A program made the position numbers and the translations under genes. The notes beneath the pieces were generated by a model. The model was not told where the DNA came from and did not search any database. It saw only the letters and a program-made list of their open reading frames with translations. Positions 19,247 through 29,583 of a DNA stretch of 64,000 bases are shown here, piece by piece (position 1 is the first letter of the stretch; each line of letters opens with the position of its first letter). Source of the stretch: an uncultured bacterium (GTDB lineage Bacteria > Zixibacteria > MSB-5A5 > GN15 > FEB-12); NCBI GenBank assembly GCA_965372795.1, contig CBDVDR010000010.1:46992-110991 (forward strand), written 5' to 3'.

Positions 19247-19332
19247 GTAATATATCGCACCCAATTACATCTAAAACAGGTGTCCTGTCAAGGATTTTGT
19301 CTTCTCCGCCCTAAAATTCAGAAAGAATTTAC

Positions 19333-20241
19333 TTACCAGAGCGGTTTTAAAGATGTCTCTCCGCAAAGCTCAGTTGTGGTCCAGCGGGTAGTTGAGTTTT
19401 CAACCACAATATCGACTCCGGTAGAATTAAAGGTTTGGCTAATAAACCAGGTATCGCTGAAACTAAGGATCGACTCACCGGTACATGCTAATGAGATAGT
19501 ACCGTTATGAGTCAGACTGCCACTTGTAGGGCAATCATCATTGCCGTCATCATCATCAAGGTCATCAATAGTTGTCACAATATCAACTGCCTCGCCCGTT
19601 ATAGCCATTGTAGAATTACAGCCTTCTGAAATACTAAGAGCACTAAGAGAGATACCGTTATTACCATTAATGGTAATTGTACCATCGGTGAGAATATCGC
19701 CAACAATATTAAACTTCTGATTAGCAGCAACATTCAGGCTAATCTCCGGAGAAGTCATTGCCAGATCAAGGTCAGCACCGGTGTTGATTCCGGTTAATTG
19801 TAATGAATCGGGCCATTGCACCGCCGTTGTACCATGTAGAAATTGAATCGAATCCTGAATAATCGATGAAGTAACAATCATCTGTTCCCCTGTTCCCAGA
19901 GTGTCATTAACACTGACATAAAAATACCAGTATTGAGAATTGGTATGATAAGCCAGCAACACCGAATCAGAAAGAGCGCGCATGTTGGAATACTTACTTG
20001 TTAATTTCCCGGGTGATTGCGACATCGTTGACATAACCGTATCAATCAGCCAAAACATAGATTCAAACATTTCACTTGTAAACTCATCCATGCTTTCAAT
20101 CGTGCTTTCAACCTGTAAGTACGATGTGTCGGTTAACTCGCCGACTTGTTTCTGCGAACTGGTGCTGTCATCGCTGCAACCAATTACAAAGAGAAGTAAA
20201 GCCACAGTCATCATCAAAATTATAAATTGTTTTGTATGCAT
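19333..20241 (-). CDS. Putative lipoprotein
   Basis: Signal peptide with lipobox VIGC; S/T/D-rich. Confidence 0.8.
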   Translation of the reverse strand: MHTKQFIILMMTVALLLFVIGCSDDSTSSQKQVGELTDTSYLQVESTIESMDEFTSEMFESMFWLIDTVMSTMSQSPGKLTSKYSNMRALSDSVLLAYHTNSQYWYFYVSVNDTLGTGEQMIVTSSIIQDSIQFLHGTTAVQWPDSLQLTGINTGADLDLAMTSPEISLNVAANQKFNIVGDILTDGTITINGNNGISLSALSISEGCNSTMAITGEAVDIVTTIDDLDDDDGNDDCPTSGSLTHNGTISLACTGESILSFSDTWFISQTFNSTGVDIVVENSTTRWTTTELCGETSLKPLW

Positions 20242-20399
20242 AAATCCTCCAAGATTACTTTTATATATATATCGGATATATTCACAAGAGAATTATTTAT
20301 TTATAAAGTTTCCCAATTTGCGTTTGTAAATCAATTAAAATGTTGCAAAAATATTTAAATAGTCCAATATTTAGCTATAACAGGGGAATAAGGGATATA

Positions 20400-21503
20400 A
20401 TGGAAAATTTCAATAATCAAAATTATGCTACAATTTTACTCTCAAGACAGTCTTTGCGACCTTGCGGTAAAGACCTTTGGGTAAAACAAACCGTCGGGGC
20501 TGTCACTTGGGTCAAAGAAAATAATCTGACCCTTATAACATCCGTTGGGATGAAAACCTGGGAACTGATAACTTCGATCGCATCAAGTTTATCAATCCCT
20601 ATGGTTTTAGCAATACCATACGATCAAAATATTTGTGAAAATGAAATCGAAGAAATACTGATTCAAGAATTTTCTTTAAATGACAAAAATGTTCAATTTC
20701 AAATTCTAAACTCAAGCGATAAACATTCATTCATGAAACTTCGGGATGAATGGATTATTTCTAATTCGAATATTTTATTACCCGTCTCGCTTAATCCAAA
20801 AGGGAATCTCAACCGTTTGATAAATAAATATCAAGATGAAAAAGAGATTATTAAATCATTCAGTACAAAATATACAACAAGTAACGACAAGCTGTCATAT
20901 TTAATAAAAAACTCTGACCTGTCTACGGACATAAAGAAAATCAGGACCGAATATTTATTTCACTGGACAAAAACAACCAATAGCAAATGGCAGGACGAAA
21001 GATTGTTTGATTATTACAAAGCTATTATCAGCACAGATAAGTATCCACGCCTGGCGATTGATAATTTAAATCAGATAATAAAATCTCAAACAATAATAGC
21101 CTCATCAAAAAACATTAAAGGCAATAACAGAGTCGTTTCGTTTTCGGGATTACATCCGGCAAATGCCATAAGTTTAATGAGATGGCGTAGCCGATATAAA
21201 GAGATGACTATCGAACCGTATGCAATTGGAATTGAAAAAAGCTTTGCTCTTGATTATGGGATTAAACCGGTGATTTATTATTCCGGGGCAGAACCAATAA
21301 ACTTCCCTGCCGAAAATGAATGGCTTTATCAAGCTCAGGGAAAAATTACTGATTGGCGGACTGAAAATGAATTTCGCTATCCGGGTGATTTCTGTTTAAC
21401 CAAAATCCCAAAAGATAAAATAATATTTATCACCCGGACAGAGGCGGAAGCTATTCAGCTTGCCAAAAAGACCGATATAAAAACCACTGCTTTATGCCGT
21501 TAG
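20400..21503 (+). CDS. Hypothetical protein: SLOG/DprA-like N-terminus plus AbiGi/ART-like C-terminus
   Basis: RDEWIISNSNILLPVS..PKG in the N-terminal half; YLFHWT, VVSFS, PYAIGI, PVIY, DWRTENEFR in the C-terminal half. Likely start ATG 20400. Confidence 0.5.
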   Translation: MENFNNQNYATILLSRQSLRPCGKDLWVKQTVGAVTWVKENNLTLITSVGMKTWELITSIASSLSIPMVLAIPYDQNICENEIEEILIQEFSLNDKNVQFQILNSSDKHSFMKLRDEWIISNSNILLPVSLNPKGNLNRLINKYQDEKEIIKSFSTKYTTSNDKLSYLIKNSDLSTDIKKIRTEYLFHWTKTTNSKWQDERLFDYYKAIISTDKYPRLAIDNLNQIIKSQTIIASSKNIKGNNRVVSFSGLHPANAISLMRWRSRYKEMTIEPYAIGIEKSFALDYGIKPVIYYSGAEPINFPAENEWLYQAQGKITDWRTENEFRYPGDFCLTKIPKDKIIFITRTEAEAIQLAKKTDIKTTALCR

Positions 21504-24488
21504 TTATTTCAGGAGCAACATCTTTTTTGAAACTCTAAACTCTCCGGCAATTATCCGATACAGATATACTCCGGATGAAACCGAAGAACCGGTATCATCT
21601 CTGCCATCCCATTCGATTTTATAGTTTCCAGCCGATTGGGTTTTATTAATCAATTGCCGAACTTCCTGACCAAGAATATTAAACACAGAAATAGAAACAG
21701 CTGATCGTTCTGGCAGTGAATAAGCAATAGTCGTTACCGGATTGAACGGGTTGGGGTAATTCTGGGCTAATTCAATCGTTTTAGGAAGAATCTCAATTAA
21801 TTCATCTTCTTCAACATCAGTTAAGATCGAACTGTTTTGATAAGCAGTACGGGCAGCCAGGACACTTTCGGCAAACTCTGTCGAATCAATTCCGGCAATT
21901 ACCGCAAAGACAAAAGTATAGGAATCATCGGCTCCCAAAATTATCGGTCCCACCGCCATAGTCTGATTTAAATCATCACGGGCGTTTACATAAGTACTCG
22001 CACTGCGGGTACCATCGGTTAATGATTTTATTTTTTCAGCCTCAGTGAAGCCATCAATATCACAGCCGGTGACAAATACCGATTGAGTTTGTGCTGATGA
22101 TAAATTCCCATTAAGTAAAACCATGCCTCGATAACTGGAATTGGTTGTGTCGGTATCTTTGTGTGCCATCCATAGATACTGCCCGGCAAAGTTATATCCC
22201 CCGCAGTTATTGGCATAATTAATTATATCCCAATCAAAATATAAACCAAAATTGACATCGGATATTGTCTGGGCGGTTGGATTATGAATCTTATATTTTA
22301 ATATCACAAAGTTTTGATTTGGAGGAGTTGTATAAGCATAGGTACTCTGAGTAATTGTCAGCCCGATTGGTTGTTCGGCTCGCTGATCAGAGAACAGGGA
22401 GGATGTTTCCTCGTCGGCAACTTCTGGAGAACCTGCCATTTCAATATTACCTCCCGGAAGAATATTAAAATCACTATCAGGATCACAGATAAAATTATGC
22501 ACCGCATCCGATACATAATTACCCTCCGCGGAAACCATCACTCCCCCCAGCCAGAGATCATTCAAACCGCCTTCAAATTTAAAACCTGCACCGCCCGTAG
22601 CCGGATAAAAGGAATCATCACCAAACCCGAAAAGTCCATAGTTCGAAACTGAAATTTGTATAGCGCCCGTGTTATGGGTCAGGATTGATCGTTCAAGGTT
22701 CGGTTCTACCTGAAAATAAATTGTCGTCGCCTGACTGTAGCCAGTACCGCTGATTTCCATATCCAACGATAGTATCGTTCCCTCTGTTACCGTATCAGCG
22801 ATTACAACTTTTAAACTGTCGGACGAACGAATAGTATCGCCCTCATTAAAATTACCAAATGAGATTGAACCGCTCAAAAGCGTCAATGAAGGATCAACAG
22901 TGCCCGGAATAAGAGTGACCAGATCAACGGAGCTGCCAAGATTTTGTAATACAACTGTTCCGGAAATTGTATCGCCGGCTATCACCGGATTATGATCATA
23001 TTTGTATACTCTGACATTGGGTAAATTATTTGTTCCTGACAAAGCATTTAAAGCGCCAACACAATCAACAACGCCCCAGCCAAAATTATTATCAGGTAAC
23101 ACATTTCCGAAATCACGAGCCGAGACTAAAATTGCAGTTTTAATTTCATCGACAGTTGCATTAGGATTTTTTTCTCGCAACAAGGGTACCATTCCGGAAA
23201 CATGCGGTGCTGCCATTGAAGTTCCGCCCTTGATTCCATAATTCCCGTCTATCAAAGCAGATCGTATGATTGATCCCGGCGCCACAACATTCGGTTTAAA
23301 GGCGCCATTGCAATCTGAGGGTCCTCTTGATGAAGAATTTTCAACTTTAGGGGTATCTACAACAGTTATGGATATGGACCCGATGGCAAAGCAGTCAATT
23401 GAATCCAAAGCTCGATTAGCCGGATTTCGAATCGAAGCTATACCGCCTTCATTGCCTGCCGCAAAAATATTTACTATTCCCAAGGCTTCAAGATTATCTG
23501 AGAGTCTATAAAAAATATCGGCACATTCAACTTCCGGTACGCCCCAGCTATGGTTGATAACATCAGGAATATCCCCGACAGAATTCAGATCGCCATCCGG
23601 ATTGGCTGCCCATTCAAAAGCATCTATCAAGGAAGTTCCTTGAATATCAAGCACGCCCGCCGAGATCCACTTCGCACCCGGAGCCACGCCAATTGTATCA
23701 CCTAAAACATCATCATGACCAACCATCGTTCCCATTGTATGGGAGCCATGGTTTACATCAAAAGTTCCCGGGTTGGTACCATCATCGCTTGAAAAAGAAT
23801 GTGGAAACGGTTCGCCATACCTGCCGTCAAACCAGGCCGCAGCGGAATCACCATCGTGACCTTTCCAATTGCTAAACAAGGCCGGATGGGTTCCTTCAAC
23901 CCCGGTATCAAAATTGCAGACAACTCTTCCATTGCCGGTATATCCCATCTGCCAGGCGCCATCAGCGTTCATGTATTTAATATTGTCACCGACACCAACA
24001 TCTTGAGTAGAAGCCGAGTATGATTTTGTCGGTTCAATAAAGGTTGCTTTGTGAGGGAGAATAATTTTTTCTATCGCGGAATTGTTTGAAAGAATTTCCA
24101 ACTGATCTTTTGTGATTTCTGCTTCAATAACATTTATCAGCCAGTGTGTTTTTATTCGGGAAACTTTGCCCCTCTTTTTCAGATCACGTAACTCCGAAAG
24201 AATTTGCTTCTGAGCTATAAGATGTGACGTTTTTAAACGGGCAACACCACTACGGTATCGGGTAGCATGAGTAGAGGTCGAAACCTTTAGAGCGGATTTT
24301 AATTGAGATGCCGATTGGACTTCGGGAAGTTTAATCCATACTTCAATTTTTTCATCAGCCGAAGAATTGTTAATTCGATCCTGTAAATCCATAGATAATT
24401 CTGCTGAATTAACTGAGATCGTAGCTAGTATCATAATTACTATAAATAATATCTGTTTTTTCATAATACGATTAAGTTTTTCTTTCAT
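21504..24488 (-). CDS. Secreted S8 subtilase with C-terminal FlgD-Ig/T9SS-like tail
   Basis: Catalytic DTG, HGSHTMG, GTSMAAPH; QNYPNPFNP...WDG...SGVYLY tail. Confidence 0.92.
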   Translation of the reverse strand: MKEKLNRIMKKQILFIVIMILATISVNSAELSMDLQDRINNSSADEKIEVWIKLPEVQSASQLKSALKVSTSTHATRYRSGVARLKTSHLIAQKQILSELRDLKKRGKVSRIKTHWLINVIEAEITKDQLEILSNNSAIEKIILPHKATFIEPTKSYSASTQDVGVGDNIKYMNADGAWQMGYTGNGRVVCNFDTGVEGTHPALFSNWKGHDGDSAAAWFDGRYGEPFPHSFSSDDGTNPGTFDVNHGSHTMGTMVGHDDVLGDTIGVAPGAKWISAGVLDIQGTSLIDAFEWAANPDGDLNSVGDIPDVINHSWGVPEVECADIFYRLSDNLEALGIVNIFAAGNEGGIASIRNPANRALDSIDCFAIGSISITVVDTPKVENSSSRGPSDCNGAFKPNVVAPGSIIRSALIDGNYGIKGGTSMAAPHVSGMVPLLREKNPNATVDEIKTAILVSARDFGNVLPDNNFGWGVVDCVGALNALSGTNNLPNVRVYKYDHNPVIAGDTISGTVVLQNLGSSVDLVTLIPGTVDPSLTLLSGSISFGNFNEGDTIRSSDSLKVVIADTVTEGTILSLDMEISGTGYSQATTIYFQVEPNLERSILTHNTGAIQISVSNYGLFGFGDDSFYPATGGAGFKFEGGLNDLWLGGVMVSAEGNYVSDAVHNFICDPDSDFNILPGGNIEMAGSPEVADEETSSLFSDQRAEQPIGLTITQSTYAYTTPPNQNFVILKYKIHNPTAQTISDVNFGLYFDWDIINYANNCGGYNFAGQYLWMAHKDTDTTNSSYRGMVLLNGNLSSAQTQSVFVTGCDIDGFTEAEKIKSLTDGTRSASTYVNARDDLNQTMAVGPIILGADDSYTFVFAVIAGIDSTEFAESVLAARTAYQNSSILTDVEEDELIEILPKTIELAQNYPNPFNPVTTIAYSLPERSAVSISVFNILGQEVRQLINKTQSAGNYKIEWDGRDDTGSSVSSGVYLYRIIAGEFRVSKKMLLLK

Positions 24489-24660
24489 TTTTACAAATTA
24501 TAAATTTTATAAAATATATACGATTAACAGTTCAATTTATTCTAACCAATTACCATCAATCTATGAATAATTCTCGTAATTTTTAGTACAATATATTATA
24601 TTTAAGTTAATTTCAGGTAATTTGTACAGTAAAAAGAGTATTTGTAAATATGGAGGTTTC

Positions 24661-25173
24661 ATGCAGCAAATAAAAAATCTCGACCGCGAGACGCTTGAAA
24701 TTATGCTCTCAGATTTTGCTAAAAACTGGCTGGCTCATGACGGGCTCTGGTTTCAAGCGACGGAAAAGTCTTATGGGATAGAGGAAGCTATTAAACTCGA
24801 TACCGAAGCCTGGGAAAAATTTACAATTGTCGAAGCCAGGAGAATTATGAAATTGCATAAAATCTCGGAGAACAGCGGTTTGGAAGGTTTAAAAAAAGCT
24901 CTCGGTTTTAGGTTGTACGCTGTCTTAAACGAACAGGTGATCGGCAACGAAACAGATAAGTCGTTTGAATTTTTTATGGTAGATTGTCGGGTGCAATCAG
25001 CCCGATGCCGTAAACAACTGCCCCTCTTCCCTTGCAAATCTGTCGGACTGGTTGAATACGAAGGCTTTGCCCGAACTATTGACCCGAGGATTAAAACCGA
25101 GTGTATCGGCTGCCCCCCGGATGAACAAGCCGGTAAAGATTATTTTTGCGGATGGAAATTTTTCATTGAATAA
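24661..25173 (+). CDS. DUF6125-like protein
   Basis: WLAHDGLWF...CRVQSAR...PCK...CPPD...CGWKF; GGAGG RBS before ATG 24661. Confidence 0.7.
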   Translation: MQQIKNLDRETLEIMLSDFAKNWLAHDGLWFQATEKSYGIEEAIKLDTEAWEKFTIVEARRIMKLHKISENSGLEGLKKALGFRLYAVLNEQVIGNETDKSFEFFMVDCRVQSARCRKQLPLFPCKSVGLVEYEGFARTIDPRIKTECIGCPPDEQAGKDYFCGWKFFIE

Positions 25174-25203
25174 AAAAAGCAGTCCGCCTGGGCGGACTGC
25201 TTT
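25173..25203. terminator. Intrinsic terminator between convergent genes
   Basis: aaaaaaagcagtccgc-ctgg-gcggactgctttt. Confidence 0.75.
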
Positions 25204-25256
25204 GATTATAGAAAATTACAATAGTATTTATTGACGTCACACTAGAATTTACTAAA

Positions 25257-25283
25257 GTCACACTGAGCGGAGTCGAAGTGTGA
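25257..25283. repeat. REP-like element GTCACACTGAGCGGAGTCGAAGTGTGA
   Basis: Intergenic imperfect palindrome of the CTGAGCGGAGTCGAAG type common in FCB genomes. Confidence 0.6.
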
Positions 25284-25294
25284 TCTATGTACTT

Positions 25295-26215
25295 TTATTC
25301 AAATGATGCTACGGTGCGTTTTAAGCCTTCGTCAAAGTCAATTTCACCTTTGTAACCAAGCTTTTTAATTTTATCAATATCCGCATAGGAATGTTTGATA
25401 TCACCGGCGCGTTCGTCAGCATAAATGGCTTCGACATCAACTTTCAGGATTACTTTTAATTTATCAATCAGATCGTTCAATGTAAACTGGGCTCCGCAAG
25501 CAACATTAAAACTATCACCAACCATTTCATCACTGGTCGCCGCAAGGATATTAGCCTCTATTGCGTTCTGGACATAAGTAAAATCACGCGATTGTAAACC
25601 ATCACCATAGACGGTTGGTTTCTTGCCTTGTTTCATCAAAGTGATAAATTTTGGAATAACCGCCGCATAGTCAGATTTTGGATCCTGTCTCGGACCAAAA
25701 ATATTAAAATATCTGATTGAAACAGTCGGGAGTTTATACAATTCCCAAAAAACTTTCAGATAATATTCACCGGTCAATTTTGTGATCGCATAAGGTGACA
25801 ATGGTGAGGGAGTCATCGCTTCATGTTTCGGTAACACTTCCGATTCTCCATAAACCGAAGAAGAAGATGCCAACACAACTTTTTTAACTTTTGCTTCACG
25901 AGCAGCATATAAAACATTCAGCAGACCATTTAGGTTGACCTCATTCGAGGTCAGCGGATTCTCAACCGAACGTGGTACCGATGGCAAAGCCGCCTGATGG
26001 AGAATATAATCAACTCCTTTGACGGCCTGGGTAACTGTCCATAAATCGCGAATATCACCTTCGATAAATTCAACCTGATCAATAATCGGCTCAATATTTT
26101 CAATTCTACCGGTTGATAAATTATCAAGGATTCGAACCTGTTCACCTTTTTCAAGTAAATGATGAGCAATGTTTGACCCGATAAATCCGGAGCCGCCGGT
26201 TATAAGATATTTCAT
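25295..26215 (-). CDS. NAD-dependent nucleotide-sugar epimerase (extended SDR, WbpP-like)
   Basis: GGSGFIG, HQAALPSVPRS, YAITK, RYFNIFGPRQDP. Confidence 0.9.
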   Translation of the reverse strand: MKYLITGGSGFIGSNIAHHLLEKGEQVRILDNLSTGRIENIEPIIDQVEFIEGDIRDLWTVTQAVKGVDYILHQAALPSVPRSVENPLTSNEVNLNGLLNVLYAAREAKVKKVVLASSSSVYGESEVLPKHEAMTPSPLSPYAITKLTGEYYLKVFWELYKLPTVSIRYFNIFGPRQDPKSDYAAVIPKFITLMKQGKKPTVYGDGLQSRDFTYVQNAIEANILAATSDEMVGDSFNVACGAQFTLNDLIDKLKVILKVDVEAIYADERAGDIKHSYADIDKIKKLGYKGEIDFDEGLKRTVASFE

Positions 26216-26321
26216 TTAAAATTATTCCATCTGGTTTTAAGTTCTTTAAATTATATCGACAATAAAGCTGTTTGTTAATAGTTATTATAGAATATAAAAG
26301 TATAATAAAACATATCTCTTT

Positions 26322-27740
26322 TTAGTCCAGCTTTATAATTATTTTTTTTTCGAAAATTGAATAGCTGATATCTTGCCCGTCACTATATCTTTTTTTTAAT
26401 TGATACTTTGATATAAATAGTTGGCTGTTATAAAATCCAGAAATGGGACTATTTTCTGAAACAACCACCCAATCAGGCTTATAATCATAAATTAATTGAA
26501 CATAATTCCCTGACCGGTTGTATGGTACAGCACTGGGCGATACCAAACCGTCACGGTCCAGAATTATTTTACGTGAATAATAGCCAATATATCCGATATC
26601 CTCGGCGGCTATTTTTGCAGATTCATCAGCATGAGCATACAAATAATCCCCAATTTGTTTATGCACCGCTTCAAGGCTCTTCTGCTGGGTTTTATATGAG
26701 ATAACCGTTGGCACGTTTCCGACCAATAACCCGCCAATCAATAATCCATAAAGCAGATTTTGTACTTTTTGTTTTTTAATAAATTCAAACCTATCTCGTA
26801 AATCAGCAAAGCCACCCCCGATAAAGAGAAAATAGATCGGATAAATCGGAACAATGTACCAGAAGAACAGATGAGTACGGCTGAAAGTAAAAAATAGAAT
26901 CATCCCGACCAGCCAGAGAATTTCTTTCTGACCAAAATTCTGCTTTTTGTTAAGCCAGATGGCTCCCCATATAACAAGTGGTAATAAAATCCAACCGGCC
27001 GGATTATGAAAAGCCATTAAATATTTAAAATGATCAAGAAATGACTCTCCCCCGATTTGGGTATATAGGGCAAGTTTCGCTGTTATTGTATGCGGAATTA
27101 TCGAACCGAAATAAAATTGACAAAACGCAAACCAGGGCAATAATATCCCCGCCGGGATAGATAAATAACTCTTTACACAATGACGGTTTTTAAAACAGTT
27201 CACAAGTAATATAATTATCAGAAGCAAAGCTCCTTCATAACGGCACAAAGTTGCCATCGTTGCCAGAGCTATCGCATAGAAATTCTTCGAACGAAATTGA
27301 TAATAAAATGAAGCCGTAATCAACATCGTAAATAAAGCGGTTTCCATCCCGCAACTATCACCGACTATCGAACGAGGCCATAAGATATAAAAGATAACCG
27401 GAACAAACGCCATTGAAGTCATCCGAAGCAGTAAAGAAAAACGATATATTATCATCGCTGTAATACCGGAGGCTGCCAGAGAAATCATCAATGATGCCTT
27501 TATAGGTACAACCGTAAGAATATAGAACATGCTTAAAAGCAAAGTATATAACGGCGTCGAACTTCCAAATACCGGTTCAGCTTTGTTGTAAACAAAGCCC
27601 TCGCCCAAAGCAAGGTTTTCAGCATACCTAAAAGTTATAAAAGCATCATCAGCGGTAAAGTTTGTTAAAGCATGGAAAATAATCCGTACTGTTACCGCAC
27701 AAAAAAAGATGATAACTGTATTTCGATAGGTTGAAGTCAT
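26322..27740 (-). CDS. Polytopic membrane GT-C-like glycosyltransferase
   Basis: DDAFITFRYAENL...G, GMET, RYEG, DIGYIGY..DRDGL; many TM segments. Confidence 0.7.
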   Translation of the reverse strand: MTSTYRNTVIIFFCAVTVRIIFHALTNFTADDAFITFRYAENLALGEGFVYNKAEPVFGSSTPLYTLLLSMFYILTVVPIKASLMISLAASGITAMIIYRFSLLLRMTSMAFVPVIFYILWPRSIVGDSCGMETALFTMLITASFYYQFRSKNFYAIALATMATLCRYEGALLLIIILLVNCFKNRHCVKSYLSIPAGILLPWFAFCQFYFGSIIPHTITAKLALYTQIGGESFLDHFKYLMAFHNPAGWILLPLVIWGAIWLNKKQNFGQKEILWLVGMILFFTFSRTHLFFWYIVPIYPIYFLFIGGGFADLRDRFEFIKKQKVQNLLYGLLIGGLLVGNVPTVISYKTQQKSLEAVHKQIGDYLYAHADESAKIAAEDIGYIGYYSRKIILDRDGLVSPSAVPYNRSGNYVQLIYDYKPDWVVVSENSPISGFYNSQLFISKYQLKKRYSDGQDISYSIFEKKIIIKLD

Positions 27741-27808
27741 ACTATAAAATACTTTTTTTTAATATCATATTCAAGAAAGATATTTCATGGAGATAATCAT
27801 TATACCAT

Positions 27809-27836
27809 AAAAAAACGGGGTAAATACCCCGTTTTT
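27809..27836 (-). terminator. Intrinsic terminator downstream of the AGCS transporter gene
   Basis: aaaaaaacgggg-taaata-ccccgtttt. Confidence 0.75.
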
Positions 27837-27869
27837 ATCTCTAACAAAACATAAATTAAAATCGTTGAG

Positions 27870-29282
27870 CTATTTCATAACCTGTTTTTTTAAATCCTTA
27901 AACGGCACATGCTCTCTTGAATAATATTCATTGGTCATTTTTTTCAGCATCCCCGATAAAGCAACAATAGCTATCAGATTTGGAATTGCCATAACACCAA
28001 GAGCTAAATCTCCAAAGGTCCATACTGTTTCAAGTTCCATAATTGCGCCCACAAAAATCATAACACAAAACAGTAGGCGGTAAGGCACTACAACTTTATT
28101 CCCAAACAGATATTGAATCGACCTGTCACCGTAATAAGACCAGGCGATCATAGTTGAAGTGGCAAATAAAAGCACGGCTGCCGTTACAATATAATTACCG
28201 CCTCCTCCCAAAAAGGGCAGACCCTGCTGGAAAGCATAAGCTGTCATTGGTGACCCGTTCAAGGTTTCCCCGTCAATAACAACTTTCCAGGCATCGGTCA
28301 CAATAATTGCTAAACCGGTCAGAGTACAAATTGTCAGGGTATCAATATATGGTCCCATCATTGCCACGGTTCCTTCACGAACCGGCTCATCGGTTTTTGC
28401 GGCTGCATGAGCTATCGGCGCCGAACCCTGCCCCGCTTCATTTGAGAACAGACCTCGTTTTATACCCCAGATAAGCGTGAACATAAATGTCGAACCGGCA
28501 AATCCTCCGATAGCACCCGGAGGAGTAAAAGCCATACTAAAAATATCACTGAATGCTTGAGGAATTCTTTCAAAATTATAAATTAGTACCGTCACGGCAC
28601 CAAGCACATATATAACCGTCATGAATGGCGACAGAATTGCTGTAACCTTACCGATTCTCTTCACACCGCCTATAATAACCACTCCGACCAGTACCGAGAT
28701 TACCAGACCGGTTATCCATACCGGAATTGCAAAATCTGTATGAAGTTGATCGGCTACGGTAAATGCCTGAATCGCATTACCGGTTGCTAAGGCACATAAA
28801 GATGCAGCCCCGGCAAAAACTATTCCAAGCCATTTCCACCCCAGAGCTTTCTCCATATAATACATCGGTCCACCTGATGATGAACCATCCGGATTAATTT
28901 TCCTATATTTCATTGAAAGAGTACATTCGGCATATTTCAAAGAGGTTCCCAAAATACCGGTTACCCACATCCAGAACAATGCCCCGGGTCCGCCATAATG
29001 AATAGCAGTAGCAACCCCGGCAATATTGCCAATACCGATTGTTGCTGAAAGTGCGGTTGATAACGCCTGAAAATGCGAGATATCACCTTCATGACTGGGA
29101 TCATCAAATTTTCCGCGGGTAATATCAATAGCATGTTTTATACGCCTGAGTTGTATCCAACCCAATCGAAGTGATATAAAAAGGCCGGTGCCTAAAAGTA
29201 AGGCTATCATAGCGGGGAAAATATCGGGCCAGCCCCACACGAACGATGATAAAGTGTTTATTATTTCTTTGATGAATTCCAC
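27870..29282 (-). CDS. Alanine/glycine:cation symporter (AGCS family)
   Basis: GIGNIAGVA, GGPGALFWMW, GGPMYY, RGLFSNEAGQGS. Confidence 0.95.
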   Translation of the reverse strand: MEFIKEIINTLSSFVWGWPDIFPAMIALLLGTGLFISLRLGWIQLRRIKHAIDITRGKFDDPSHEGDISHFQALSTALSATIGIGNIAGVATAIHYGGPGALFWMWVTGILGTSLKYAECTLSMKYRKINPDGSSSGGPMYYMEKALGWKWLGIVFAGAASLCALATGNAIQAFTVADQLHTDFAIPVWITGLVISVLVGVVIIGGVKRIGKVTAILSPFMTVIYVLGAVTVLIYNFERIPQAFSDIFSMAFTPPGAIGGFAGSTFMFTLIWGIKRGLFSNEAGQGSAPIAHAAAKTDEPVREGTVAMMGPYIDTLTICTLTGLAIIVTDAWKVVIDGETLNGSPMTAYAFQQGLPFLGGGGNYIVTAAVLLFATSTMIAWSYYGDRSIQYLFGNKVVVPYRLLFCVMIFVGAIMELETVWTFGDLALGVMAIPNLIAIVALSGMLKKMTNEYYSREHVPFKDLKKQVMK

Positions 29283-29583
29283 AATGCCTCACTATCTTTT
29301 TTAATATTTATATACCTGATGGGTAATCACCAACATAAATAATTGCCCGCATTGAAAGTTTGTTTATCTAATAAGTACATTATTGTTTTTTACAATAATA
29401 TATTGCCATTCAATTACGCAAGAAAAAATTATTTTTAATTTTTTAAGATTGCTCTATTTTATTAGTTATCACAGACTTAACCACCTACCATCGAACGCCT
29501 TGACAAATTTAGATTTATCGGTATATTATTTTTTACAGCACTATTTTTTATAATTTTGAATTTAATAAAAGGGACGGTACTAA

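Noticed and set aside
19193..19510. 105-aa plus-strand ORF
   Set aside because: It is antisense to tRNA-Ser and the lipoprotein gene.
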